This document shows, one piece after another, positions 1-6,945 of a DNA stretch of 64,000 nt. This DNA is from an uncultured Acidobacteriaceae bacterium (lineage in GTDB: Bacteria; Acidobacteriota; Terriglobia; Terriglobales; Acidobacteriaceae): contig CAVWVM010000005.1 in assembly GCA_963758485.1 (NCBI GenBank), forward strand, positions 121,988-185,987, given 5' to 3'. A program made the translations under genes and the position numbers. Under the pieces are notes generated by a model that did not search any database, was not told where the DNA came from, and saw nothing but the letters and a program-made list of their open reading frames with translations. How positions within the stretch are numbered: the first letter of the stretch is position 1; each line of letters opens with the position of its first letter.

Positions 1-1
1 C

Positions 2-301
2 GACCAGTTCAAGTGGCTCTATGCGTATTCGCCTTATCACCACGTGAAAGCGGGAACGGAATATCCGGCGATCCTGTTCATGACGGCGGACACGGATACC
101 CGTGTCGATCCCATGCACGCGAAGAAAATGGCGGCGGAGATGCAGGCGGAGGCGAAGAATGGCGCGAGCAAGACGCGTCCGATACTGTTGCGGATTGAGA
201 GCAAGGCGGGACACGGCGCGGGGAAGCCGGTGACCAAGCAGATCGAAGAGTTCACCGATATTTATTCGTTTCTGTTTTGGCAGTTGGGGGTGAAGGAATA
301 G
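2..301 (+). CDS. Prolyl oligopeptidase / S9 serine peptidase, C-terminal fragment (5-prime end outside window)
   Basis: The frame is open from the window edge (DQFKWLYAYSPYHHVKAG...). S9 C-terminal motifs are present: DTRVDP (Asp region) and SKAGHGAG (His region). Stop TAG at 299-301. Confidence 0.8.
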   Translation, partial: DQFKWLYAYSPYHHVKAGTEYPAILFMTADTDTRVDPMHAKKMAAEMQAEAKNGASKTRPILLRIESKAGHGAGKPVTKQIEEFTDIYSFLFWQLGVKE

Positions 302-590
302 TACTCAGTACTCAGTACTCAGTACTCGGTACTCAGAACAGCCCTCTCGCCGCGGTGCGCATGGTCAGAGGGCCCCTTCTCGACTCGAACTCAGTACTCG
401 GTACTCAGAACAGCCCTCTCGCCGCGGTGCGCATGGTCAGAGGGCCCCTTCTCGACTCGAACTCAGTACTCAGTACTCGGTACTCAGTACTCGGAACAAC
501 GCTCTCGCGGCGCGGTGCGCCTGGTCAGAGGCCCCTCCCTCGAACTGAGTACTGAGTACTGGGTACTGAGTACTGAGTATCGAGTACTGC
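301..590. repeat. Composite palindromic repeat: GTACTCR heptad arrays in inverted orientation around 72-bp tandem hairpin units
   Basis: Five direct heptads at 301-335. A 72-bp unit at 336-407 is repeated at 408-479, with a degenerate third core at 494-545. Six inverted heptads (YGAGTAC) at 546-589. Each unit contains GCCCTCT-N19-AGAGGGC. Confidence 0.9.
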
Positions 591-591
591 C

Positions 592-954
592 TCACGCCGC
601 TGATTTTGTTGAGGCGATCAGGCCGTTTAGGAGCCTGCCTAGCTCTGAGGTTTTGACCAGGAGCGCATCGGCATCTTTTGGCGCAAGATATCGTAGATCG
701 TTGCCCAGCATGATTTGGGTTTCTACCTCGGCGAGAGAACCGCGGGCGGTGTTTAGGAAATGGTGAAATTCGCGTCGCGAGTAGCGGGCCTGGCCTTCTG
801 CGATGTTGCTGGGCACGGAGACTGCCGCTCTCCGCAGCTGGCTCATTAGGCCGTAGCGTTCTTCCCTCGGAAACGCTTGCGTCGCGCAATAGATTTCCCT
901 CACCAGAACCATCGCTTTCTGCCACGCGATGAGATCGCGATACGATCCGCCCAT
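592..954 (-). CDS. Four-helix-bundle protein (23S rRNA intervening-sequence protein family)
   Basis: 120 aa. Family-typical N-terminus YRDLIAWQKA and core RRAAVSVPSNIAEGQAR...F..FL..ARGSLAEVETQ. ATG at 954-952. Confidence 0.85.
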   Translation of the reverse strand: MGGSYRDLIAWQKAMVLVREIYCATQAFPREERYGLMSQLRRAAVSVPSNIAEGQARYSRREFHHFLNTARGSLAEVETQIMLGNDLRYLAPKDADALLVKTSELGRLLNGLIASTKSAA

Positions 955-976
955 GTTTCTCGCCTCTGAGAAACAT
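953..976 (-). promoter_or_regulatory. Perfect 9-bp hairpin overlapping the start codon of the four-helix-bundle gene
   Basis: ATGTTTCTC-N6-GAGAAACAT. On the coding strand the 3-prime arm ends in the AT of the ATG start. Confidence 0.5.
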
Positions 977-1205
977 CATTGCACCGTGAATTCTGTTTGC
1001 GTTTCGGGGACTCGAAATAAAGTGTTCGCGAATTCGGAATTGGGAAGCAGCACCCGGCACTTAGTATTCACAAGGAGAGATGGTGCGGTGATTTGGGCTC
1101 CGCCAACGCAAACGTAGACGGCGGATCAAGCGGGTGAGTTGCATCCGTGTAGTCGGTAGTGCCGGGCAAACTCAAAAAGCATTAGTGATCCCTCCGGGAC
1201 CAAGT

Positions 1206-2100
1206 TTACGCAGCAGGTCCGAATACTTCCTCCAGGAAGCGCCGTACCCCTGACGCTTTTATGACCTGTTCTTTGGCGCCTTTTTCGTATGACACAGAAC
1301 AAATACCCGCGAACTTGAAAGTGGGCGCCCAAATAATTGGCGTCTTGTCAGTTTCCCACCACGCAGCTCCGCCGCTATATCCCTCCGGACTGAACCCCTT
1401 CTCCGCGTCTTCAAAGGGGATCAGATAGTGTATCTCCGGATCGAAAGCAGTGATCGTGAAACGTAGCTCCGGGTAGTGGTGCTTCAAACTGCACCACTAC
1501 CTAGCTCCGTCTCCGTTGGCAATGGCAGAAGGACGCCATCGAATACAAATGGACTCAGGCCAATGGAGCGTTCCTCCCAGTCACCGATGGATTTCCTTTC
1601 AAACAAGAAGCCTCTGTCGAGCCGAAAGCCACAACAGTGAACAGGATCTCCTTCCGGCGGATCAATCCATTCCCTCGCGATGTCGAAGAATTCCGTAAAA
1701 GGTCCAGCATATTCCGGGGAGATAGAAATCAGGGCTAGGTCTGACCACCCGCATCGGTGGAGCGCAGCGTTAGGGTCCGCAATAGGCAGTGCGTCTGTTA
1801 CGTCTTCGCGCTGCACCTGTTCTATTGGTCGCCTTTCAAGCTTTCCGACTGGGCGCCAATAGATGCGCAGGTCTTGCGGTTGAGCGTCCTTGTGTGGAAC
1901 ATGACCGGCCGTTAGGATGAAGAAATTATTGCCCCACGTCCCGCGCAGCCGGTGCCCATGGTTTCGCCGTCTCCGCGACGACGAGTGCGCGGATCAAATC
2001 CGACGTCGCGAATGGTGTTGGCAACACCGACCGTGTGCGTCCATAAGCGATTAAGACTTGCCTCGACGGCCTGTCGTACTGCTTCATCTCTGTGTTCCAT
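1206..2100 (-). pseudogene. Trypsin-like serine protease, disrupted by two frame changes
   Basis: Three consecutive ORF pieces in different frames (2100-1912, about 1935-1484, 1487-1206). Candidate triad in the correct order: FFILTAGHV (His), SDLALISI (Asp), EGYSGGAAW (Ser). Junctions lie at C/G runs 1930-1940 and at AAA 1486-1488. Confidence 0.5.
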
Positions 2101-2164
2101 TCAAGCAACGCTACTACCGGGCCCTCCCCACCACAATAGAAGAACAGCGGAGCAGGCCGGCGTG

Positions 2165-2277
2165 GGTCTGCCGTCCCTGACGGGACTCGGTTCCTTTTTT
2201 TGTGGCTTACCCCGGACTTACGTCCGGGGCTTTAATCTGTTGTCCCTTCGGGGCTGGGGCGGATAGGTACGTTTTGC
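2165..2277 (+). repeat. REP/MITE-like hairpin repeat, family A copy 1
   Basis: About 110 bp, alignable by eye to 3377-3494. Internal hairpins GTCCC-TGAC-GGGAC and CCCCGGAC-N4-GTCCGGGG. Confidence 0.8.
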
Positions 2278-2286
2278 GATCTCGCC

Positions 2287-2625
2287 TTACTGAACCGTCC
2301 CCACGAGAAGAGAGGCGTCATAGATCGTCGAATATCTGCGGTAGCGGACCGCAATCTTCGTTCCAGGTTCATGGTGAGTGATCTCTTCTTTCAGCTCGCC
2401 TATTGTGAATAGGTAGTGATCGTTGATTGCGAGAATCACATCTCCGGCCTTAATCCCGGACTGATCAGCTGGACCGCCGGGAGTTAGCGCTGTTAGCGTT
2501 ACTCCGTCGTGGCGAACGTCAGGATTGCCCTCGCAGAAAATACCGATCGAGGCTTGCCCGAAGATCTGAGCGCTCCCGATTGCGGAACTCGGTTTGGAAC
2601 TCATCTGAGCGACCGAACGGATCAC
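2287..2625 (-). CDS. PDZ domain protein
   Basis: GVTLTALTPGGPADQSGIKAGDVILAINDHYL is a PDZ core. GTG start overlaps the upstream stop (GTGA). May be the C-terminal part of the upstream gene. Confidence 0.65.
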   Translation of the reverse strand: MIRSVAQMSSKPSSAIGSAQIFGQASIGIFCEGNPDVRHDGVTLTALTPGGPADQSGIKAGDVILAINDHYLFTIGELKEEITHHEPGTKIAVRYRRYSTIYDASLLVGTVQ

Positions 2626-3239
2626 GGCTCCGTCTTAGGAGGCATATTTGTCTCCTCTCTCACGGCAACCGGCTGGGATTCCTGGGCACCGAAGTCGTAA
2701 ACATAGGGAGCCATGCCTTCGCCGCGTGATAGGTACAAAGCGTACTCGCCCTTGCTGAGCGCCATCGCAGGCGCAATCTTGTAGAAGCCCGATTTCACCT
2801 CGGAGCGGATTATCTGAACCTGGTGCGTGAGGGAAATGCCAGCACTGCTGCGCCAGGCGCCGTGAGCCGCGATTTCGAATTGTCTCCGCTCGGTCTTCTC
2901 TTCGAGGCGAACCAGAATCAGATCGCCCGCATTGACTCCGGCATCTGCCTCTTGTTTTGCGGGAATGAAGTAAAAGACAGGCATTGATGGAACAACCGTC
3001 TGAGCATGCGGGCCGAGCAATTGGATATTTTCTTTTTGTGACTTAACCCCTACGGTTGCGTGAGATACGAACGAGCTACCGCTGCGTTTGAACTCGGCGA
3101 TTTGGCCGATGATCTTCGTGAGCCCGCCCGGCGCCTCAACATACATCCCCGGATCGGCGGGCAAAGGGGACTGCGTTTGCGCCGGGCTTGGCACGGCTAG
3201 AACAACTATGGCTATTAAGTGGAGAACGATTCGTTTCAT
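2622..3239 (-). CDS. Secreted hypothetical protein
   Basis: N-terminal signal-like MKRIVLHLIAIVVLAVPSPAQ. 205-aa ORF with no family recognised. Confidence 0.6.
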   Translation of the reverse strand: MKRIVLHLIAIVVLAVPSPAQTQSPLPADPGMYVEAPGGLTKIIGQIAEFKRSGSSFVSHATVGVKSQKENIQLLGPHAQTVVPSMPVFYFIPAKQEADAGVNAGDLILVRLEEKTERRQFEIAAHGAWRSSAGISLTHQVQIIRSEVKSGFYKIAPAMALSKGEYALYLSRGEGMAPYVYDFGAQESQPVAVREETNMPPKTEP

Positions 3240-3376
3240 TCTTGCCTCATCGTTCCTGCAGAACTATTTATTTATAGATGGGATGCCCGTCATGCTGCTC
3301 TCTCAATGGCAAGCGGTCAATAGCACATAGGTGTCATCGATTCGCTTTCAATGAGCAGATGTCGCGCGCGAGGCTA

Positions 3377-3494
3377 GTCTGCCGTCCCTGACAGGACTCG
3401 GTTCCTCTTTCTTGTGGCTTACCCCGGACTTGTGTCCGGGGCTATTATCGGTTGTCCCTCCGGGACGGATTGGAGCGGCGTGGTACGTTTTGCG
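3377..3494 (+). repeat. REP/MITE-like hairpin repeat, family A copy 2
   Basis: Same order of blocks as 2165-2277 (GTCTGCCGTCCCTGAC.GGACTCGGTTCCT...GTGGCTTACCCCGGACTT..GTCCGGGGCT...TACGTTTTGCG). Confidence 0.8.
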
Positions 3495-3560
3495 CACTTC
3501 AGCCGACGGAGCTCCGGGACGGATCCTCAGGGACTAAAGCCCAAACATCTTCTTGATCTT

Positions 3561-3679
3561 TACGCGGCGCTGAAGCGCCGCTCTTCCACGGTATTATTGC
3601 GGGCCGATTGCGGGTGGGAGAGATCAAGGTCAAGAGCAACGTCAGAGGCAGCGGACAGGAGTGTCCGCTCCACACCGGG
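3561..3679 (+). repeat. REP-like repeat, family B copy 1
   Basis: About 118-bp direct repeat of 3756-3874. Hairpins GGCGC-TGAA-GCGCC and GCGGACA-GGAG-TGTCCGC. Confidence 0.85.
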
Positions 3680-3685
3680 AGCACC

Positions 3686-3755
3686 TCAGGGGCTGAAGGC
3701 CCGTTCCAGAAACAAGCTTTGATCGCAGCGCTGGAAGCGCTGCGCCACCCAAAAT
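3686..3755 (+). repeat. REP-like module, family C
   Basis: TCAGGGGCTGAAGGCCCGTTCCAG...GCGCTGGAAGCGCTGCGCCACCCAAAA. A related truncated copy lies at 3527-3560 and a full copy at 4154-4220. Confidence 0.7.
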
Positions 3756-3874
3756 TACGGCGCTGAAGCGCCGCTCTTCCACGGGATTATCACGGGCCGA
3801 TTGCGGGTGGGGTCGAGATCAAGGTCAAGAGCAAACGTCAAAGGCAGCGGACAGGAGTGTCCGCTCCACACGGG
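3756..3874 (+). repeat. REP-like repeat, family B copy 2
   Basis: Near-identical to 3561-3679 apart from a few substitutions and small indels. Confidence 0.85.
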
Positions 3875-3908
3875 CAACATCGGCTCTCGCTCACGAGGTC
3901 CAGAGATT

Positions 3909-4061
3909 TTATGTAGTGCAGGCGGGGTGTCCGCAGTCGCAGGCGATTTCGGCTTCTTCGGAGCCGGCTTCTTTGCAGAACTGGCTGCAATATTTTTCGC
4001 CGGAGGGCGGAACACAGATGCAGGGAACGTGAGCGCACTTGGAATTTTTCTGGTCGGCCAT
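3909..4061 (-). CDS. Small Cys-rich protein, metallothionein-like (50 aa)
   Basis: MADQKNSKCAHVPCICVPPSGEKYCSQFCKEAGSEEAEIACDCGHPACTT has 9 Cys and 2 His in 50 aa. The GE.YCSQ.C block resembles Pseudomonas-type bacterial metallothioneins (from memory). ATG at 4061-4059. Confidence 0.55.
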   Translation of the reverse strand: MADQKNSKCAHVPCICVPPSGEKYCSQFCKEAGSEEAEIACDCGHPACTT

Positions 4062-4153
4062 GGTGATTCCTTTCAATTTTGAGGTTTGAGTTGGATGCGG
4101 ATCCGGGCTTAGAGGATGGCGCGAGGTTCGAGTTCGAGGTGGGGAAAGCGTAC

Positions 4154-4250
4154 TTAGGCTGAAGCCCTGTTCCAGGAAGTTCGGCCAGTCGCAGCGTGGA
4201 AGCGCTTCGCCACCCAAAATCGCGGTGAAGCGTCACACTCCCACGGTTGC
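4154..4250 (+). repeat. REP-like module, family C copy plus family B head
   Basis: TTAGGCTGAAGCCCTGTTCCAGG...GCGTGGAAGCGCTTCGCCACCCAAAATCGCGGTGAAGCG... parallels 3686-3790. Confidence 0.7.
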
Positions 4251-4547
4251 GATGGCAAACAGCAGGTTCCTCGTCCTCCTCGCCGCTGGCGCGGCTACAA
4301 ATGGCTCGGAATGACAAACTGAATGGGAGAAGCGCTGCGATAGCCGAAATCAAATGCGCGGATTGGGGGGATTCGCTTCGCATTTTTTGACGTGGTTCCG
4401 AATTGGGAATTTTGAGGAAATTATTGGGGGGATGAACTGGACTTCAGATTGACGTGCGGGATATACGGAAAGTATCGGTGAAAATTGTCGCGAGTTCGAA
4501 TGGATAAGGCGCCAGGTTGCTGACGGCGCGGGATGGGAGGAAGTGTC

Positions 4548-5189
4548 ATGAGCGGGGACGGTGGCGATGATGTGGGGGTTGGTGAAGTGCAAAGTATCAA
4601 CGGAGCGATCGGCGAGGATACGGTTGCGAGATGGATTCCGTGGATCCGGGCGGAAGCGGAGGCTGGGTGGAGCGAGAGGCGGAAGAGAAATCCGAAGCGG
4701 ATGGGGGAGTTGTCGCAGGCGGCGTTTTTGCTGAAGGCGCAGAGTTTGGGATTCGGGCTGGCAATTCCGTGGGGAGACAGCGAGAAGTGCGATTTTATCG
4801 TGTGGGCGGAAGGCGGCGGACGTTTGTTGCGGGTTCAGGTGAAAGCTACGGGCCGATTGAATGGCGGAGGCTATGATGTGCAGCCGGTGTACGCGACGCG
4901 GGGCGAAGGAAAGAAGTGTTATACGGCGGAGCAGATTGATGTGCTGGCGGCGCATGTGGTGATGGAGGGGGACCGGTCAAGATCAAAGGCCGCGGGCGAG
5001 GGCGCCAGGTCAAGAACAAAAGCAGCGGGCGAGGGCGCCCGCTCTACAGTTTGGTACGTGCTGCCAGTGGAGGCGATTGCGGGCGTGAAGAGCTTGCGAT
5101 TTTTTCCGGATGGAAAGGGGAGAAATCCGAAGTGGGAGGGATATCGGGAGGCCTGGGAGTGGCTAGGGCTGAAAGATGCAGGTGGGTAG
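4548..5189 (+). CDS. PD-(D/E)xK endonuclease-like protein (PDDEXK_5-like) carrying an in-frame repeat insertion
   Basis: NPKRMGELSQAAFLLKAQSLGFGLAIPWGDSEKCDFIV...LLRVQVKAT gives the E...D...QxK nuclease pattern. SD GGGAGGAAG lies 6 nt before ATG 4548. Confidence 0.6.
   Translation: MSGDGGDDVGVGEVQSINGAIGEDTVARWIPWIRAEAEAGWSERRKRNPKRMGELSQAAFLLKAQSLGFGLAIPWGDSEKCDFIVWAEGGGRLLRVQVKATGRLNGGGYDVQPVYATRGEGKKCYTAEQIDVLAAHVVMEGDRSRSKAAGEGARSRTKAAGEGARSTVWYVLPVEAIAGVKSLRFFPDGKGRNPKWEGYREAWEWLGLKDAGG
4975..5048 (+). repeat. REP-like family B-related repeat (1.5 copies) inside the PD-(D/E)xK CDS
   Basis: GGTCAAGATCAAAGGCCGCGGGCGAGGGCGCC plus AGGTCAAGAACAAAAGCAGCGGGCGAGGGCGCCCGCTCTACA. Same layout as AGGTCAAGAGCAAACGTCAAAGGCAGCGGACAGGAGTGTCCGCTCCACAC at 3829-3871. 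Hairpin GCGGGCG-AGGG-CGCCCGC. Confidence 0.75.
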
Positions 5190-5216
5190 TTATCCCACGA
5201 GCAAGCACGACCGACG

Positions 5217-5245
5217 TCTCGAATCGCCAAAGGCGTCGGCTATAA
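5217..5245 (+). promoter_or_regulatory. Candidate sigma70-type promoter for ilvE (good -10, poor -35)
   Basis: TATAAT at 5240-5245, 36 nt before the ilvE ATG. The -35 position reads CTCGAA. Confidence 0.25.
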
Positions 5246-5281
5246 TATGTGCAGCGCTGGAGCGGTAAGAAAAGGAGCGGC

Positions 5282-6226
5282 ATGGCAATCGAAAAGGTTG
5301 AGAATATATGGCATAACGGCAAGCTCATCCCGTGGGATGATGCGACGATCCACGTGATGTCGCATGTCGTGCACTACGGCTCCTCGGTGTTTGAGGGAAT
5401 CCGTTGCTACAACCCGAAATCGCGTCCTGCCATTTTCCGCGCCAGCGAGCACATTCAGCGGCTGCTCGATTCCGCCAAGGTCTACCGCATTGACGTGCCT
5501 TTCAGCCGCGATGAAATCGTGAAGGGAATGCTGGAAACTGTGGGGAGTAACGGCGCGTGGCCGTGCTACGTGCGGCCCATTATTTTGCGCGGATACGGGG
5601 AAGCGGGGGTGAATCCGTTCAACTCGCCGACCGAGGTTTACATCATTAATTATCCGTGGGGAAAATATCTGGGAGGCGAGGGGGATGGTTGCGACGTGTG
5701 CGTTTCGTCGTGGACGCGTCTGGCTCCGAACACCCTGCCGGCGATGGCTAAGGCCGGCGCGAATTACATGAACTCGCAGCTGATCAAGATGGAAGCCATC
5801 GTGAACGGGTACACCGAGGGCATCGCGCTGGATATCAATGGATTTGTCAGCGAAGGTTCCGGGGAAAATGTGTTCCTGGTGCACCGCGACAAGCTGATCA
5901 CGGCGCCGCTGGGGAACTCGGTGCTGCCCGGCATCACGCGCGATTCCGTTCTGCAAATTGCGCGCGACTTGAATATTCCGATTGCCGAACACATGATCCC
6001 GCGCGAGATGCTTTATATCGCGGACGAAGCGTTCTTTACCGGCACCGCGGCGGAGATCACGCCCATTCGTTCGGTCGATAAAATTAAAGTCGGCAACGGT
6101 GGCATGGGGCCGATTACGAAGGCGATCCAGAAAGAATTTTATGCGATCGTGCGCGGCGAGAAAGAGGATCGCTACGGATGGTTGACAGCGGTGCCGGTGA
6201 GCAGCAAACAGCCGGTCGGGGTATAA
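5282..6226 (+). CDS. ilvE: Branched-chain amino acid aminotransferase (class IV)
   Basis: IWHNGKLIPWDDATIHVMSHVVHYGSSVFEGIRCY...AKAGANYMNSQL...EGSGENVF...PGITRDSV...FFTGTAAEITPI matches the IlvE pattern. SD AAGGAG precedes ATG 5282. Confidence 0.9.
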   Translation: MAIEKVENIWHNGKLIPWDDATIHVMSHVVHYGSSVFEGIRCYNPKSRPAIFRASEHIQRLLDSAKVYRIDVPFSRDEIVKGMLETVGSNGAWPCYVRPIILRGYGEAGVNPFNSPTEVYIINYPWGKYLGGEGDGCDVCVSSWTRLAPNTLPAMAKAGANYMNSQLIKMEAIVNGYTEGIALDINGFVSEGSGENVFLVHRDKLITAPLGNSVLPGITRDSVLQIARDLNIPIAEHMIPREMLYIADEAFFTGTAAEITPIRSVDKIKVGNGGMGPITKAIQKEFYAIVRGEKEDRYGWLTAVPVSSKQPVGV

Positions 6227-6252
6227 TCCGGGCTGCTTACGAGGAGGTTTAC

Positions 6253-6798
6253 ATGTCCGCTCAACATGCTCCCACGCCGGAGTTCGCTCTCGGATACCGC
6301 CAGCTCATGCTCGATGGCCTTGGTCGCGAGCTGGAAATCACGAAAAAAGTTATTGCCGCAATTCCCGATGACAAGTCGGACTACCGTTCGGATCCGCATG
6401 CACGTAGCGCGTGGGAACTGGCCTGGCATCTGGCCAACACAGACGTTCAATTTTTGAATGGGATCGCAGACCTGAAGTTCACGATGCAAAATCCATCGGC
6501 AGAGGAAAAGCCAAAAACCGTGGCCGAACTCGTCGCGTGGTACGACTCCAACTTCAAGAGCGCGGCGGAACAAATTGCCGGGCTGACCGCAGAACAATTG
6601 CTGACCCCGATCGATTTTGCGGGAGTATTCAATTTTCCGGCGGTCTTCTACCTGGGCTTTGTAAATAATCACTGCATACACCATCGCGGGGAACTGGCTA
6701 CGTACCTGCGTCCCATGGGAGCAAAAGTGCCGGCGATTTACGGCGGCAGCTTCGATGAACCCATGCGCAGGCCCGAACCCGCAACCAGCGCAGCATAA
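6253..6798 (+). CDS. DinB-family (four-helix metal-dependent) protein
   Basis: WELAWHLANTDVQF and NNHCIHHRGELATYLRPMG are DinB/YfiT-like motifs. SD GAGGAGG at 6241-6247. Confidence 0.7.
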   Translation: MSAQHAPTPEFALGYRQLMLDGLGRELEITKKVIAAIPDDKSDYRSDPHARSAWELAWHLANTDVQFLNGIADLKFTMQNPSAEEKPKTVAELVAWYDSNFKSAAEQIAGLTAEQLLTPIDFAGVFNFPAVFYLGFVNNHCIHHRGELATYLRPMGAKVPAIYGGSFDEPMRRPEPATSAA

Positions 6799-6816
6799 AA
6801 TATTTCGAGAAGCAAA

Positions 6817-6848
6817 GGCCGCCCAGAAAATGGGCGGCTTTTTATTTT
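6817..6848 (+). terminator. Rho-independent terminator after the DinB-like gene
   Basis: GGCCGCCCA-GAAAA-TGGGCGGC followed by TTTTTATTTT. Confidence 0.85.
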
Positions 6849-6945
6849 GATGACCGACGGCGGGTCCGAATCATTGCGAAGTCCGTTCCCTCAGATTTAA
6901 CCGGTCGTGCATTTTAGACGTTTGACGTGGGTTTCTCTGACCATT

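Noticed and set aside
336-545. Possible CRISPR array (repeated 72-bp units)
   Set aside because: There are only two full copies plus a degenerate one, directly abutting with no unique spacers. The unit length is wrong for CRISPR repeats, and no cas genes are in the window.
277-1060. ORFs 277-555(+), 470-1060(-) and 515-766(+) running through the heptad repeat region
   Set aside because: Their translations are periodic (STQYSVLGTQ...). They arise from repeat sequence or from the antisense strand of the four-helix-bundle gene, not from plausible proteins.
3414-4955. ORFs 3414-3722, 3755-4015, 3801-4082, 3838-4383 and 4350-4955
   Set aside because: They read through REP-like repeat modules and give Arg/Ser/Pro-rich translations. 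Only the 50-aa Cys-rich segment (3909-4061) looks like a real gene.
5240-5992. 250-aa ORF antisense to ilvE. Similar long antisense ORFs lie at 13104-13835, 20280-21020, 34743-35525, 40336-41268, 41835-42623, 42553-43335 and 44741-45394.
   Set aside because: These are typical stop-poor antisense frames of GC-rich genes. Each lies opposite a gene with clear family motifs and has an Arg/Pro/His-rich, motif-free translation.
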